The position numbers and the translations under genes are program-made. The notes under the pieces were generated by a model, which saw only the letters and a list, made by a program, of their open reading frames with translations, was not told where the DNA came from and searched no databases. Of a DNA stretch of 64,000 bases, positions 50,074-60,500 are shown piece after piece. This DNA comes from Alloprevotella sp. Its GTDB lineage: Bacteria > Bacteroidota > Bacteroidia > Bacteroidales > Bacteroidaceae. The first letter of the stretch is position 1. Each line of letters begins with the position of its first letter. The stretch covers positions 2,013 through 66,012 of the forward strand of contig DAIRWG010000002.1 in assembly GCA_036802405.1 (NCBI GenBank), read 5' to 3'.

Positions 50074-51090
50074 CTAATTGATTGTCAGTAGATAATTGTT
50101 GGCATAAGTCAGTGCCCGCCACAGAATGAGCAGGGGTGTGACTTCGAGGGTGCAAAAGTACAAAATTAAATGCACCCAGCCGAGCGTGTAGCTGAAAAAT
50201 ATGCGGTACGTCTTGTAGAGCAACAGCAATTTGTCGATAGCCAACAGAGTGAAGGTGAGCACGATGAGTGCGTGCAAGCTCAGGTCGAAATAGACCACGA
50301 GCAGGGCCACCGGAAAGAGCGAGGTGCCCAGTGCGAGCACGGTGAGCAGATAGGCCTCCTGCCAGCGTTCGCACTTGTCGCGGGTGAAGAAGATGCGGTT
50401 GACGAAGGAGCACACACCGATCTTGAGCAGATAGTAGAGGCAGCAGATGCCGGTGCTCACGCCCAGAATCTTGTAGGGCGACACCTGGTTGAACACGTCC
50501 ACCTGCAGTTCCTGCGTGCAGTCGAAGAAGAGGATGCCCAGCACGAAGCACGTTTGGAAGATGAGGAAGAGCTGTCCGCGCAGCTCGTTGTCGGTGCGTT
50601 CGGCAAAGAGGTTCTCGCGCATCCGTTCGTGGAAGAAGTTCTTCACGCTGTGCGTCAGGAATCGCCGTGAGTGTGCAATCACCCACACCACCAGGAAGAA
50701 ACTGGCCATCAGCACGATAGTCACGAAGTTGTCCGTGCGGAAGCGGTAGGGCACGGGGTCGCCGGCCTTGCCGTTCACCTGCAGCGAGGCAACGGTGCTC
50801 TCGTTTCCGGTGATGCTGTCGAGCGTTTGCAGAAACTCCGACTTTTCCACCCTCAGCAGTCCGTGTGCCCAGTAGTCGGGGCTGATGATGGGGGCCTGCG
50901 TTCGCACCACGCTGTCGGGGGCGAACGGCTTCATGAGGCGCGGGTCGGGTCTTGCGGTGTCGGCCCGTGCCGTCAGTGGGCGGTGATGGTTGGCGTGCAC
51001 CGCCAGTGCTTCCTGCTCCGTCGGGTCGTCGAAGGAGTAGCTCTCGCTGCCTTGCGGGGCGGTGGAGTGGTGAATCGAATCTTGTTGCAT
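50074..51090 (-). CDS. DUF4271 family membrane protein
   Basis: Polytopic C-terminal half ending LILYFCTLE..P; sits upstream of hemD as in other Bacteroidales. Confidence 0.75.
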   Translation of the reverse strand: MQQDSIHHSTAPQGSESYSFDDPTEQEALAVHANHHRPLTARADTARPDPRLMKPFAPDSVVRTQAPIISPDYWAHGLLRVEKSEFLQTLDSITGNESTVASLQVNGKAGDPVPYRFRTDNFVTIVLMASFFLVVWVIAHSRRFLTHSVKNFFHERMRENLFAERTDNELRGQLFLIFQTCFVLGILFFDCTQELQVDVFNQVSPYKILGVSTGICCLYYLLKIGVCSFVNRIFFTRDKCERWQEAYLLTVLALGTSLFPVALLVVYFDLSLHALIVLTFTLLAIDKLLLLYKTYRIFFSYTLGWVHLILYFCTLEVTPLLILWRALTYANNYLLTIN

Positions 51091-51111
51091 GAGTCTCAAC
51101 GGTTAGGGGGG

Positions 51112-51687
51112 TCACATGGCGGCAAACTTGCGCACCGACTTGTCCCAGATCGGCGTGCTTTGCGCCAGTTGCAGGGCTTCGGCCGGTGTTTCGGCCACTT
51201 GCCAGATGGCAGCATGCTGCGGACGCATGAATTGCTGCTCGATGGCGCGTTCCAGCTGTGCGAGGAGCGGGTCGAAATAGCCGTTGGTGTTGAGCACGAC
51301 AATGGGCTTGAGGTAGAGCCCGAGCTGCTTCCAGGTGATGATTTCAAGCAGTTCCTCCAGTGTGCCCACTCCGCCGGGCAGTGCGATGCAGGCATCGCCC
51401 AGCTGCGCCATGCGTTCCTTGCGTTCGTGCATGTCGGCGGTCACCTCCAGGCGGGTCATGCCCTCGTGCTGCCAGTGCTGCTCCACCATGAACTGCGGTA
51501 TCACCCCGACGGCCTCTCCGCCTGCTTCCAGGCAGGCATCGGTGCAGGCACCCATCAGTCCGGTGCGTCCGGCCCCGTTGACCAAGGTGATGCCTTGGGC
51601 GGCCATGAGTTGCCCCAGCTCGCGTGCCGCTTCCACATAGTTGGCCGGCACCTGTCCGCTCGAGGCGCTGTATACGGTGATGTTCAT
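51112..51687 (-). CDS. LOG family protein (TIGR00730-type)
   Basis: GLMGA, GVIP, MHERK and ALPGGVGTLEEL. Confidence 0.92.
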   Translation of the reverse strand: MNITVYSASSGQVPANYVEAARELGQLMAAQGITLVNGAGRTGLMGACTDACLEAGGEAVGVIPQFMVEQHWQHEGMTRLEVTADMHERKERMAQLGDACIALPGGVGTLEELLEIITWKQLGLYLKPIVVLNTNGYFDPLLAQLERAIEQQFMRPQHAAIWQVAETPAEALQLAQSTPIWDKSVRKFAAM

Positions 51688-51767
51688 TTCTTAGTGAATG
51701 GGGTTAACGGGTGAGGTTGGCTGACGGGGCAACGGGCAGGTTGGGCCACCCCGTCGCCCCGTCAATG

Positions 51768-53060
51768 TCAGATGCCGAAAGCCTTTCGGATGTCGTCCAC
51801 GCGGTCGAGCTTCTCCCAGGTGAAGAGTTCCACCTCCAGGCGCTTCACGCTCTTGTCGGGCATGACGAACTCCTTCACCTTCGTTTCGGGCGTGCGTCCC
51901 ACGTGGCCGTAGGAGGCCGTTTCCTCATAAATCGGGTGGCGCAGCTTCAGGCTTTCCTCGATGGCTGCGGGGCGGAGGTCGAAGAGCTCCTTCACCTTCT
52001 CGGCAATCTCGCCGTCGGACAGAGCCACGTGTGAGCGGCCGTTCGTGTTGACAAACACGCTCACCGGTTCAGCCACGCCGATGGCATAGCTCAGCTGCAC
52101 CAGCATCTCGTCGGCCACTCCGGCAGCCACCATGTTCTTGGCAATGTGGCGTGCGGCATAGGCCGCCGAGCGGTCCACCTTTGAGGGGTCCTTGCCCGAG
52201 AAGGCACCGCCGCCGTGTGCGCCGCGTCCGCCGTAGGTGTCGACAATGATCTTGCGTCCCGTCAGTCCCGTGTCGCCGTGCGGGCCGCCGATCACGAACT
52301 TGCCCGTGGGGTTCACGTAGTATTTGATGTCGCCCTGGTGGAAGAGCTGCTTGATCTCCGGCGTGTTCACGCGTTCCTCGATCACACGCGGGATGAGAAT
52401 CTGCTCCACGTCGCGGCGGATCTGTGCCAGCATCATCTCGTCGGCCTTCTCCTGCGATCCGGCCTCCTCGGCCGTGATGAACTCGTCGTGCTGCGTGCTC
52501 ACCACGATGGTGTCGATGCGGCGGGCCACATGGTCGTCGCCATACTCCACCGTCACCTGGCTCTTCGAGTCGGGGCGCAGATAGGTCATCACCTGGCCTT
52601 CGCGGCGGATTTCGGCGAGCACATACACGATGTCGTGGGCCAGCGAGAGGGGCAGCGGCATGTAGGTGTCCGTCTCGTTGTTGGCATAGCCGAACATCAT
52701 GCCCTGGTCGCCGGCACCCTGGTCCTTGCGTTCCTTGCGCTCCACGCCACGGTTGATGTCGGGGCTTTGCTCGTGGATGGCGCTGAGGATGCCGCAGCTT
52801 TCGGCCTCAAACTTGTACTCAGCCTTCGTGTAGCCGATGCGGGCGATGGTGTTGCGCACCACCTTCTGCAGGTCGACGTAGGCTTCTGACTTTACTTCTC
52901 CTGCCACGACCACCTGGCCGGTGGTGACGAGGGTTTCGCAAGCTACTTTCGAGTTCTCGTCCTGAGCGAGCAGCTCGTCAAGCACGGCGTCAGAGATCTG
53001 GTCTGCCACCTTGTCGGGGTGTCCTTCCGACACCGATTCGGATGTAAAGAGATATCCCAT
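51768..53060 (-). CDS. metK: S-adenosylmethionine synthetase
   Basis: [35 protein letters not shown] and [12 protein letters not shown]. Confidence 0.98.
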   Translation of the reverse strand: MGYLFTSESVSEGHPDKVADQISDAVLDELLAQDENSKVACETLVTTGQVVVAGEVKSEAYVDLQKVVRNTIARIGYTKAEYKFEAESCGILSAIHEQSPDINRGVERKERKDQGAGDQGMMFGYANNETDTYMPLPLSLAHDIVYVLAEIRREGQVMTYLRPDSKSQVTVEYGDDHVARRIDTIVVSTQHDEFITAEEAGSQEKADEMMLAQIRRDVEQILIPRVIEERVNTPEIKQLFHQGDIKYYVNPTGKFVIGGPHGDTGLTGRKIIVDTYGGRGAHGGGAFSGKDPSKVDRSAAYAARHIAKNMVAAGVADEMLVQLSYAIGVAEPVSVFVNTNGRSHVALSDGEIAEKVKELFDLRPAAIEESLKLRHPIYEETASYGHVGRTPETKVKEFVMPDKSVKRLEVELFTWEKLDRVDDIRKAFGI

Positions 53061-53094
53061 TACGTTCTTTTGGTTTGTGTTGTGATGAATAGAT

Positions 53095-53146
53095 AAAAAA
53101 AACGGCCTGCTCCCATCCTTCGTCGATGGATGCAGGCAGAGGCCGT
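53095..53146 (-). terminator. Terminator/attenuator-like hairpin in the metK leader
   Basis: The minus strand reads acggcct...aggccgt followed by a run of T, 35 nt before the metK start. Confidence 0.55.
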
Positions 53147-53238
53147 GGTTGGCTTGGGCATGGTGCCAACAGTGCTCCATGCATTTTCCGCAAGGCGCAG
53201 CGTGGGCCGAGCCTTTCCCCGAGGGGCGGGATGCATGA

Positions 53239-53287
53239 GTTTTAGCATTGTTTTTGAGAGGTTGCAAGCAGCCAAATCTGTCCTCTG
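53239..53287 (-). promoter_or_regulatory. SAM-II-like riboswitch aptamer upstream of metK
   Basis: Minus strand AGAGG-ACA-GAUUU-GGCUGC-UUGCAA-CCUCU-CAAAAACAAU-GCUAAA: a P1 stem AGAGG/CCUCU plus the GAUUU, UUGCAA and GCUAAA SAM-II hallmarks. Confidence 0.75.
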
Positions 53288-53303
53288 TCTCCTGTTTCGG
53301 CTG

Positions 53304-53327
53304 CAAAGTTACGAAGTTTTTCCCAAA
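53304..53327 (-). promoter_or_regulatory. Bacteroidetes promoter for metK
   Basis: TTTG ... TAACTTTG on the minus strand, immediately upstream of the aptamer. Confidence 0.7.
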
Positions 53328-53514
53328 GTGTACTCCTCTTTGATGGCAAAAATGCCCTTTGGTCAGCGCTTTTCGCTCGGGGAAAAGGCACGGACTGAAG
53401 ATATTTGCCTACATTTGCAAGCAAAATTCTGGCACTTTGCTGTAGCAAACGCCCCTCAGCGTGCGTCAGAGAAGTAAAAACAGATTGGAACAAACCATCA
53501 ACATCATAACCACA

Positions 53515-56352
53515 ATGAACAAACTCAAAGCACTTTGGCTGTTGCTCCTGGCATGCATCGTGATGCCCGCAATGGCCCAGCAGATGCCCCAGTTGCCCAT
53601 TGACCCGGCTGTGCGCTACGGTAAGTTGCCCAACGGGCTGACCTACTACATCCGCCACAATGCCCTGCCTGAGCACCGGGCCAACTTCTACATCGCCCAG
53701 AAGGTGGGCGCCGTGCAGGAAGAGGAAAGCCAGCGCGGTCTGGCCCACTTCCTCGAGCACATGTGCTTCAACGGCACCGACCATTTCCCCGACGACCGCC
53801 TCGTGAAGTACTGCGAAACGATCGGCGTGAAGTTCGGTCAGAACCTCAATGCCTACACCGCTTCCGATGAAACGGTCTACAACATCGACGACGTGCCCGT
53901 CACGGCCAACAATGTCGATTCCTGCCTCCTCATCCTGCGCGACTGGGCCGACGGCCTCACGCTCGATCCCAAGGAAATCGACAAGGAGCGCGGCGTGATC
54001 CACGAAGAATGGCGCATGCGCTCCAGCGCATCGGGCCGCATCTTCGAGCGCAACCTGCCCAACCTCTATCCCAACTCGCGCTACGGCCACCGCTATCCCA
54101 TCGGCCTGATGTGCGTGATCGACAACTTCAAGCCCGCCGAGCTCCGTGCCTACTACGAGAAGTGGTACCGTCCCGACCTCCAGGGCATCATCATCGTGGG
54201 CGACATCGATGTCGACCAGGTGGAAGCCAAGGTGAAGGCCCTCTTCTCGCCCATCAAGATGCCCGAGAATGCGGCCAAGTATGAGCACTATCCCGTGCCC
54301 ACCAACCTCGAGCCCATCTACGTGATCGACAAGGACAAGGAGCAGGCGCGCGCCTCCATCCAGCTGATGTTCAAGCACGACCCCGTGCCTGAGGAGTACC
54401 GCAACACGCCCATCTTCCTCCAGATGAACTTCATGCTCAGCGTGGCTGCCCAGGCATTCAACGCCCGCCTGCAGGAGCTCTCGCAGAAGGCCGACTGCCC
54501 CTTCGTGGCAGCCTATGGCGACGACGGCGAGTACATCATGTCGAAAACGATGGATGCCTTCACCATCGGCATCCTGCCCAAGCCCGGCCACGACGCCGAG
54601 GCCGTGCAGGCCGTGATGCAGGAAGTGCAGCGCATCGGCCGCTTCGGATTCAACGCCTCCGAGGTGAGCCGCGCCAGCGAGGAATTCCTCAGCCGCATCG
54701 AAACCATCTACAACAACCGCGACAAGCAGGAGAACTCCTACTATGTGCCGCAGTATGTGCGCCACTTCCTCGAGGGTAACGCCATTCCCGACATCGAAAC
54801 GGAGTTCCAGCTCTACAAGGCCATGTCGCCCCAGCTTCCCGCACAGGCCTACAACGAGCTGTTCAAGGAACTCACCGCCAGCACCGACTCCAACTTCGTG
54901 GTGCTCGCCATGTATCCCGACAAGGAGGGCGTCAGCGTGCCCACCGCCGACCAGTTCAAGCAGGCTGTGGCTGCTGCCAAGGCTGCCAAGCTTGAGGCTT
55001 ATGTCGACAACGTGAAGGACGAGCCCCTCGTGCCCAACCTTCCCAAGAAGGGCAAGATTGCCAAGGAGCAGAAGGCCGACTTCGGCTACACCTGCTGGAC
55101 CCTCGCCAACGGCGCCCGCGTCTTCTTCAAGCAGACCGACTTCAACGACTCCGAAGTGCAGTTCCAGGCCACCAGCTTCGGCGGCAAGAGCCGCGTGGCT
55201 GACAAGGACCGTGTGAACATGGAACTCATGCCTACCGTGATCGGCAACACCGGTCTGGGCAACTTCACCAGCACCGAGCTGCAGAAGAAGCTGGCCGGCA
55301 AGCAGGCTTCGGTGGAAGTGGATATGGGCCAGGCCACCGAAAACCTCGTCGGCACCTCCACGCCCAAGGACCTCCGCACCCTCTTCGAACTCATCTACCT
55401 CCGCTTCCAGGCTCCCGCCAACGACGTGGACGGCTACAACAACACCATCAACCTCCTGCGCACTCAGCTCGAAAACATCGAGAAGAATCCGCAGGCTGCC
55501 TTCTCCGACTCGGTGAAAGCCACCATCTTCGGCCACAATCCGCGCATGGAACGCATCCACCTGGCCGACCTCGACAAGGCTGACTACGCTGCCATCCGCC
55601 GCATCTACAGCGAGCGCTTCAATGCTGCCGGCGATTTCGACTTCTACTTCACCGGTGCCTTCAACGTCGATTCGCTCCGTGCCTTCACCGAGCAGTACAT
55701 CGCTCCGCTCAAGGCCCAGAAGAAGCGCGAAACCTACGATGCCGCACGCATCGTCACCATGGTGGAGGGCGTTCACGACAATCACTTCCGCCGCGTCATG
55801 GAGACTCCGCAGGCCAACATCATCCAGTACTGGAACGGCCCGCTGGCCTACAATGCCAAAAACGTGGTGGTGGCCAACGCCCTGGGCGAAGTGCTCACCC
55901 AGCGCTATCTCAAGAGCATCCGCGAGGATGCCGGCATTGCCTACAGCGTGGGCGCACACTGCGTCGCCCAGTATGGCACCCGCGAGAACTACTCGCTCCA
56001 GGTGTACTGCCCCGTGAAGCCCGCCAAGCTCGACTCGGCTCTTCTGCTCATGAAGCAGGGCCTCGAGGACGTGGCCAGCAAGGGCGTGACGGCTGAGGAA
56101 CTCGACAAGGTGGTGACCTTCGAACTGAAGGACTATGCCGACAGCCAGAAGAAGAACGCCTACTGGCAGGGCCTCATCATGGGCAAGACCCGCTGGAACA
56201 AGGACGAGCAGGCCGGCTACGAGGCTGCCCTCCGTGCCCTCAAGCCCGCCGACGTGCAGGCCTTTGCCAAGGACGTGGTGCTCAAGCAGATGAACCGCTG
56301 CACCATCAGCATGCTGCCCGCCGACTTCACCGAGAAGGACGGCACGAAATGA
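53515..56352 (+). CDS. M16 family zinc protease (PqqL-like)
   Basis: Signal peptide, GKLPNGLTYYI, GLAHFLEHM.FNGT (HxxEH), NAYT, KERGVI.EEWR and YEKWYRPD. Confidence 0.94.
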   Translation: MNKLKALWLLLLACIVMPAMAQQMPQLPIDPAVRYGKLPNGLTYYIRHNALPEHRANFYIAQKVGAVQEEESQRGLAHFLEHMCFNGTDHFPDDRLVKYCETIGVKFGQNLNAYTASDETVYNIDDVPVTANNVDSCLLILRDWADGLTLDPKEIDKERGVIHEEWRMRSSASGRIFERNLPNLYPNSRYGHRYPIGLMCVIDNFKPAELRAYYEKWYRPDLQGIIIVGDIDVDQVEAKVKALFSPIKMPENAAKYEHYPVPTNLEPIYVIDKDKEQARASIQLMFKHDPVPEEYRNTPIFLQMNFMLSVAAQAFNARLQELSQKADCPFVAAYGDDGEYIMSKTMDAFTIGILPKPGHDAEAVQAVMQEVQRIGRFGFNASEVSRASEEFLSRIETIYNNRDKQENSYYVPQYVRHFLEGNAIPDIETEFQLYKAMSPQLPAQAYNELFKELTASTDSNFVVLAMYPDKEGVSVPTADQFKQAVAAAKAAKLEAYVDNVKDEPLVPNLPKKGKIAKEQKADFGYTCWTLANGARVFFKQTDFNDSEVQFQATSFGGKSRVADKDRVNMELMPTVIGNTGLGNFTSTELQKKLAGKQASVEVDMGQATENLVGTSTPKDLRTLFELIYLRFQAPANDVDGYNNTINLLRTQLENIEKNPQAAFSDSVKATIFGHNPRMERIHLADLDKADYAAIRRIYSERFNAAGDFDFYFTGAFNVDSLRAFTEQYIAPLKAQKKRETYDAARIVTMVEGVHDNHFRRVMETPQANIIQYWNGPLAYNAKNVVVANALGEVLTQRYLKSIREDAGIAYSVGAHCVAQYGTRENYSLQVYCPVKPAKLDSALLLMKQGLEDVASKGVTAEELDKVVTFELKDYADSQKKNAYWQGLIMGKTRWNKDEQAGYEAALRALKPADVQAFAKDVVLKQMNRCTISMLPADFTEKDGTK

Positions 56353-56394
56353 CCCTTAGCCGCTGAGCGGCAAACCAACATTTGACCAAAACGG

Positions 56395-56454
56395 AGCCGT
56401 GTGACACGGCAGCTGCCCCATCGGGCGCTGCCTGTGCCGCACGGCTTTCTTTTT
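56395..56454 (+). terminator. Probable terminator of the M16 protease gene
   Basis: agccgtg..ggcagc / gctgcc..cacggct imperfect stem followed by ttcttttt. Confidence 0.6.
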
Positions 56455-56500
56455 GGGGAAAATTCTATTACGAATGGTGTGGACAACAAATTGGGCGCTC

Positions 56501-56760
56501 ACTCATCCGCATGGCTTCGTGCGCCTTCGTGCATCTTAGTGGAAAACACTCATCCGCAAGGCTTCGCGTGCCTTCGTGCATCTTCGTGGTAAACACTCCG
56601 CCGCAAGGCTTCGCGTATCTTGGTGGTCCTTGGGCCCTTCGCGAAAAAAATCCGCCGCAAGTTCTTCGCGGCCCTTAGCGGCCTTCGCGGAAAAACAACA
56701 CTGAGCCCGCGGCTTCCTAGCCGCGGCTCCCCAAGCATGCACACGATTCGATGTAGAGCC
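56501..56760. repeat. Modular intergenic repeat element, copy C, module 1
   Basis: Units at 56507, 56554, 56601 and 56655; hairpin at 56707-56726; cacacgattcg tail. Confidence 0.85.
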
Positions 56761-56794
56761 CTTTTTCCCTCGCGTGCGCGCACACATATACACT

Positions 56795-57249
56795 GCAATC
56801 ACGTTTTTTACTGTCATCTGTCATTTTCGATTGGGAAAGATGCGGTGAATAGAGCGTAAAACGCACTGCCACAATCAGTTGCACAGTTGCTGTCACTCTG
56901 TCACTTTCGGCTGTGGCTCCTTTTCCAACATTTCAACGCGTCATTTGCTGTCACCTCTCGCGCGTGCATCCTTCAGGCCATGTTTTCGCCGCTTCAGAGG
57001 GCATTTCGTGGGTGCGGTGTACCGCGGTGAAAAAGTCCCAGACTTTTTCAAATTCTACCACGGTACCGTAAAAACTCTACCGCGGTGCCGTAAAAACTCT
57101 ACCGCGGTGTCGGAACAACCGCGTAAGTGGTGTGAAACGACCGATGCACCCGGCATCTCCGCCCACGGCCCTCGGGACACCCTCCGGCGGTGAAAATGAC
57201 AGAGTGAAAGCAAAAAGTGCAATTCGCCTGTAACGCGCGTGCGCGCGTA
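56795..57249. mobile_element. Degenerate MITE-like non-coding element (module 2 of copy C)
   Basis: Colinear with 25304-25692 and contains a 22-bp tandem repeat. Mobility is inferred only. Confidence 0.5.
57050..57112. repeat. Three tandem 22-bp repeats with palindromic core accgcggt
   Basis: ctacc(a/g)cggt recurs at 57055, 57077 and 57099. Confidence 0.8.
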
Positions 57250-57527
57250 AGGCGCTGTTTTCCACCCCCCCCGTATCCGGATGCTGACAGAGAGCCCTCG
57301 CATCCGCAAAAATTGCGATTTTGCCAAATAAACTTACCACAGGCGCATAAAAGCAGCAGGAATCCGTGCGCATCCGACAGATATTTAGTAACTTTGCCTC
57401 GTGGCAGACTGTGCCTACATCTTCACTCCGGCCCGACGGGAAACGGGGACACCAGCCGGAGACGCACACGCAAGCCCAAACCCTTTCCACGATACCGAAC
57501 ATCTAACAAATACATTCACACCTCTAC

Positions 57528-60500
57528 ATGAAGAAATTTCTGAAACTCTCGCTCGTCGGCGCATGCCTGCTGCCGGGCGCGGTGAGCGCACAGAATGTCG
57601 ACCGGACGAAGTATCCCGACTACTCCGACCGCGTCAACCCCGACTGGTCGCTCCTGAAGCCCATGCGCAAGGCAGGTGCTAAGGCCGAGGCCACACGCCC
57701 CGACCACTACAACAATGCCGACACGCCCTACTTCCCCCCGGTGTTCAACCAGGCTGGCGGTTCGTGCGGTTCCGCATCGCGCATCTGCTACATGTTCTCG
57801 CATGAGATGAACTCCTTCCGCGGCACCGACGGCCGCGATCCCCACAACTACTATCCCTCCCACTTCGTGTGGCTCCTCACCAACGGCAACTCCGGCAAGG
57901 ACGAATTCGTGCAGCACGTGGGTGTGCCCTCGGCTGCCACCTATGGCGGACAGACCTATTCCAGCCTCTTCGGCTACCAGGAGGAAACCAACAACGACTT
58001 CGGCTGGATGACCGGCTACGAAAAGTGGCACGAAGCCATGTTCAACCGCATGCTCAAGCCCTCCAACTTCCCCATCAGCGTGGAGACCGAGGCCGGACGC
58101 GAAGCCGTGAAGAACTGGCTCTGGAACCACAACGGCGACTCCGACTTCCATTCCGGCGGCATCGTCGGCATCGGCGTGGCCAGCGGCGGCATCTGGTACA
58201 ACATCGCCTCCACCCCGACCAACGACGAAATCGGCGTGACCGGACAGTACTACGTGAAGGCCTGGGGCCAGTCGGTCGACCACGCCCTGACCATCGTGGG
58301 CTATGACGACCGCATCGAGTTCGACCTCGACGGCAACGGCGTCTACGGCGAAAAGGACAAGGACGAAGTGGGCGCCTGGATTGTGGTGAACTCCTGGGGC
58401 GACTGGTGCAACGGCGGTTTCATCTACTGCCCCTATGCCAATGCCGGTCCCTCCTTCGCCAAGAATGCCACCAAGCCCAACGGTTACTGGCAGCCCGAAA
58501 TCTACCGCGTGCGCAAGAACTACGAGCCCAAGCGCACCATCAAGCTCCGCATGGACTATTCGCGCCGTAGCGAACTCTACCTCAGCGCAGGCGTGAGTGC
58601 CGACCTCAATGCCGAAGAGCCCGAAATGAGCCAGGCATTCGACCACTTCAAGTATGCCGGCGACGGTGCCAACGGCGACACCAACCCCGCACCCGAAATC
58701 CCGATGCTCGGACGCTGGGCCGACGGCAAGCTCCACACCGAACCCATGGAGTTTGGCTACGACCTGACCGACCTCTCGGCCGGCTACGACATCAACAAGC
58801 CCCTCAAGTATTTCTTCATGATCGACACGAAGTCGTGGGCACAGGGCGAAGGCCACATCTACAATGCCTCCATCATCGACTACGTGCAGGACAAGCTCGG
58901 CGTGGAAACGCCCTTCAACACCGGCGAAGGCGGTGTGAGCATCAAGAACAAGGGCAACCGCACCATCATCTCCGTAGTGGTGCAGGGACAGGGCATCTAT
59001 GCTCCTGAAAACGTGGCCGTGAGCGACGGTCAGCTGCAGTGGACTGCCCCCAATGCCTCGGGCAACAAGCTCACCGGCTACAAGGTGTACGAGAACGGCA
59101 ACCTCGTGGCCACGCTCGGTGCCACCGCCACGAGCTACGACCTCACTTCCACCGAAACGACCACCTATGCCGTGACCGCCGTCTATGGCGACCGCGAGTC
59201 GAACAAGGTGAGCGTGGTGGCTTCCGCACCTGCCACCGACAACGTGGTGACTGACTTCAAGCACTCCGGCTTCAGCATTCCCGACATCTTCGGCACGAAG
59301 TATGAGAATGCCACCATCGAGTACTGGATCCGTCCGAACTCCCTCGTCAACTGGAACCAGAGCGCCGGACCGGGCTGGGGCACCTTCATGTTCCACGCCA
59401 ATGCCGACGGCCGACTCACTGCCGGATGGGACACCAGCAACCGCACCGATGCCTCCTCGGCTCTGGCCAAGAACACTTGGCGCCACATTGCCATCGTGGT
59501 GAAGGGCAACCGCCTGACCATCTACGTGAACGGTACGCAGAAGGCTTCCATCAACTCCAGCAAGTACAAGGGTGTGGGTGGATTCGGTGCCCTCGTCTTC
59601 TCCAACGGCTCGGGCAACAACTCCTACCAGGATGCCCAGTACGACGAGATCCGCATTTGGAAGACGGCCCGCACGGCCACCGAGATCAAGAACAACTACC
59701 GCGTGGAGATGGCCGATGCCGGACTTCCCTCCGACCTCCTGGCCTACTACAAGGGCGACATCATCAACGTGGGCGGCGCTCCCATGCTGCGCGACCACAC
59801 CACCGGCCAGCATCATGCCACGCTGCTCGATGTGAACTATGAGAACCTCACTTCCACCCAGCCCGTGCTGCAGCATCCCTCGACGGTGAGCGTGAAGATC
59901 AACGAGCCTTCCACCGAGGTGCATGCCGGACAGCCCGTGACGCTTACGGCCACGGCTTCGGCCGGCACCGAGCAGCTCACCTGGACGGCTGAAACGGCCG
60001 GAGTGAAGTCCACTCATGCCGTGAGCCCCACCTTCACCTTCCCCACCGAGGGACAGCACAAGGTGACCGTTGTGGCCAAGGGTCGCGAAGAGGCTGCCGA
60101 CACGGCCGAAATCACCCTCAACGTGCTGCCTGCCGTGGCTCCCGACGCTTCCTTCTCGGCTACTGCCTTCACAGTGCCTGCCGGCGAGCGCGTCACCTTC
60201 CTGGCTGACCATCCCGTGGTGGGTGCAACGTACAAGTGGGAGATTCCCGGTGCCGACATCACCGAGGCCACCAGTGCCAACGTGGCCACTTCCTACGGCA
60301 AGTCGGGCACCTACACCGTGCGCCTCACCGTGACTTCACCCTCAGGTGCCACTGCCACCAGCGAGAAGCAGGTGACCGTGACCGAGGTGGCTCCGCAGGC
60401 TGACTTCACGCTCAGCAGCGACGTGGCCATCGTGGGCGAACCGGTGGTGATGAACGATGCTTCCAAGTATCAGCCCACTTCCTGGCAATGGAACCTCGTG

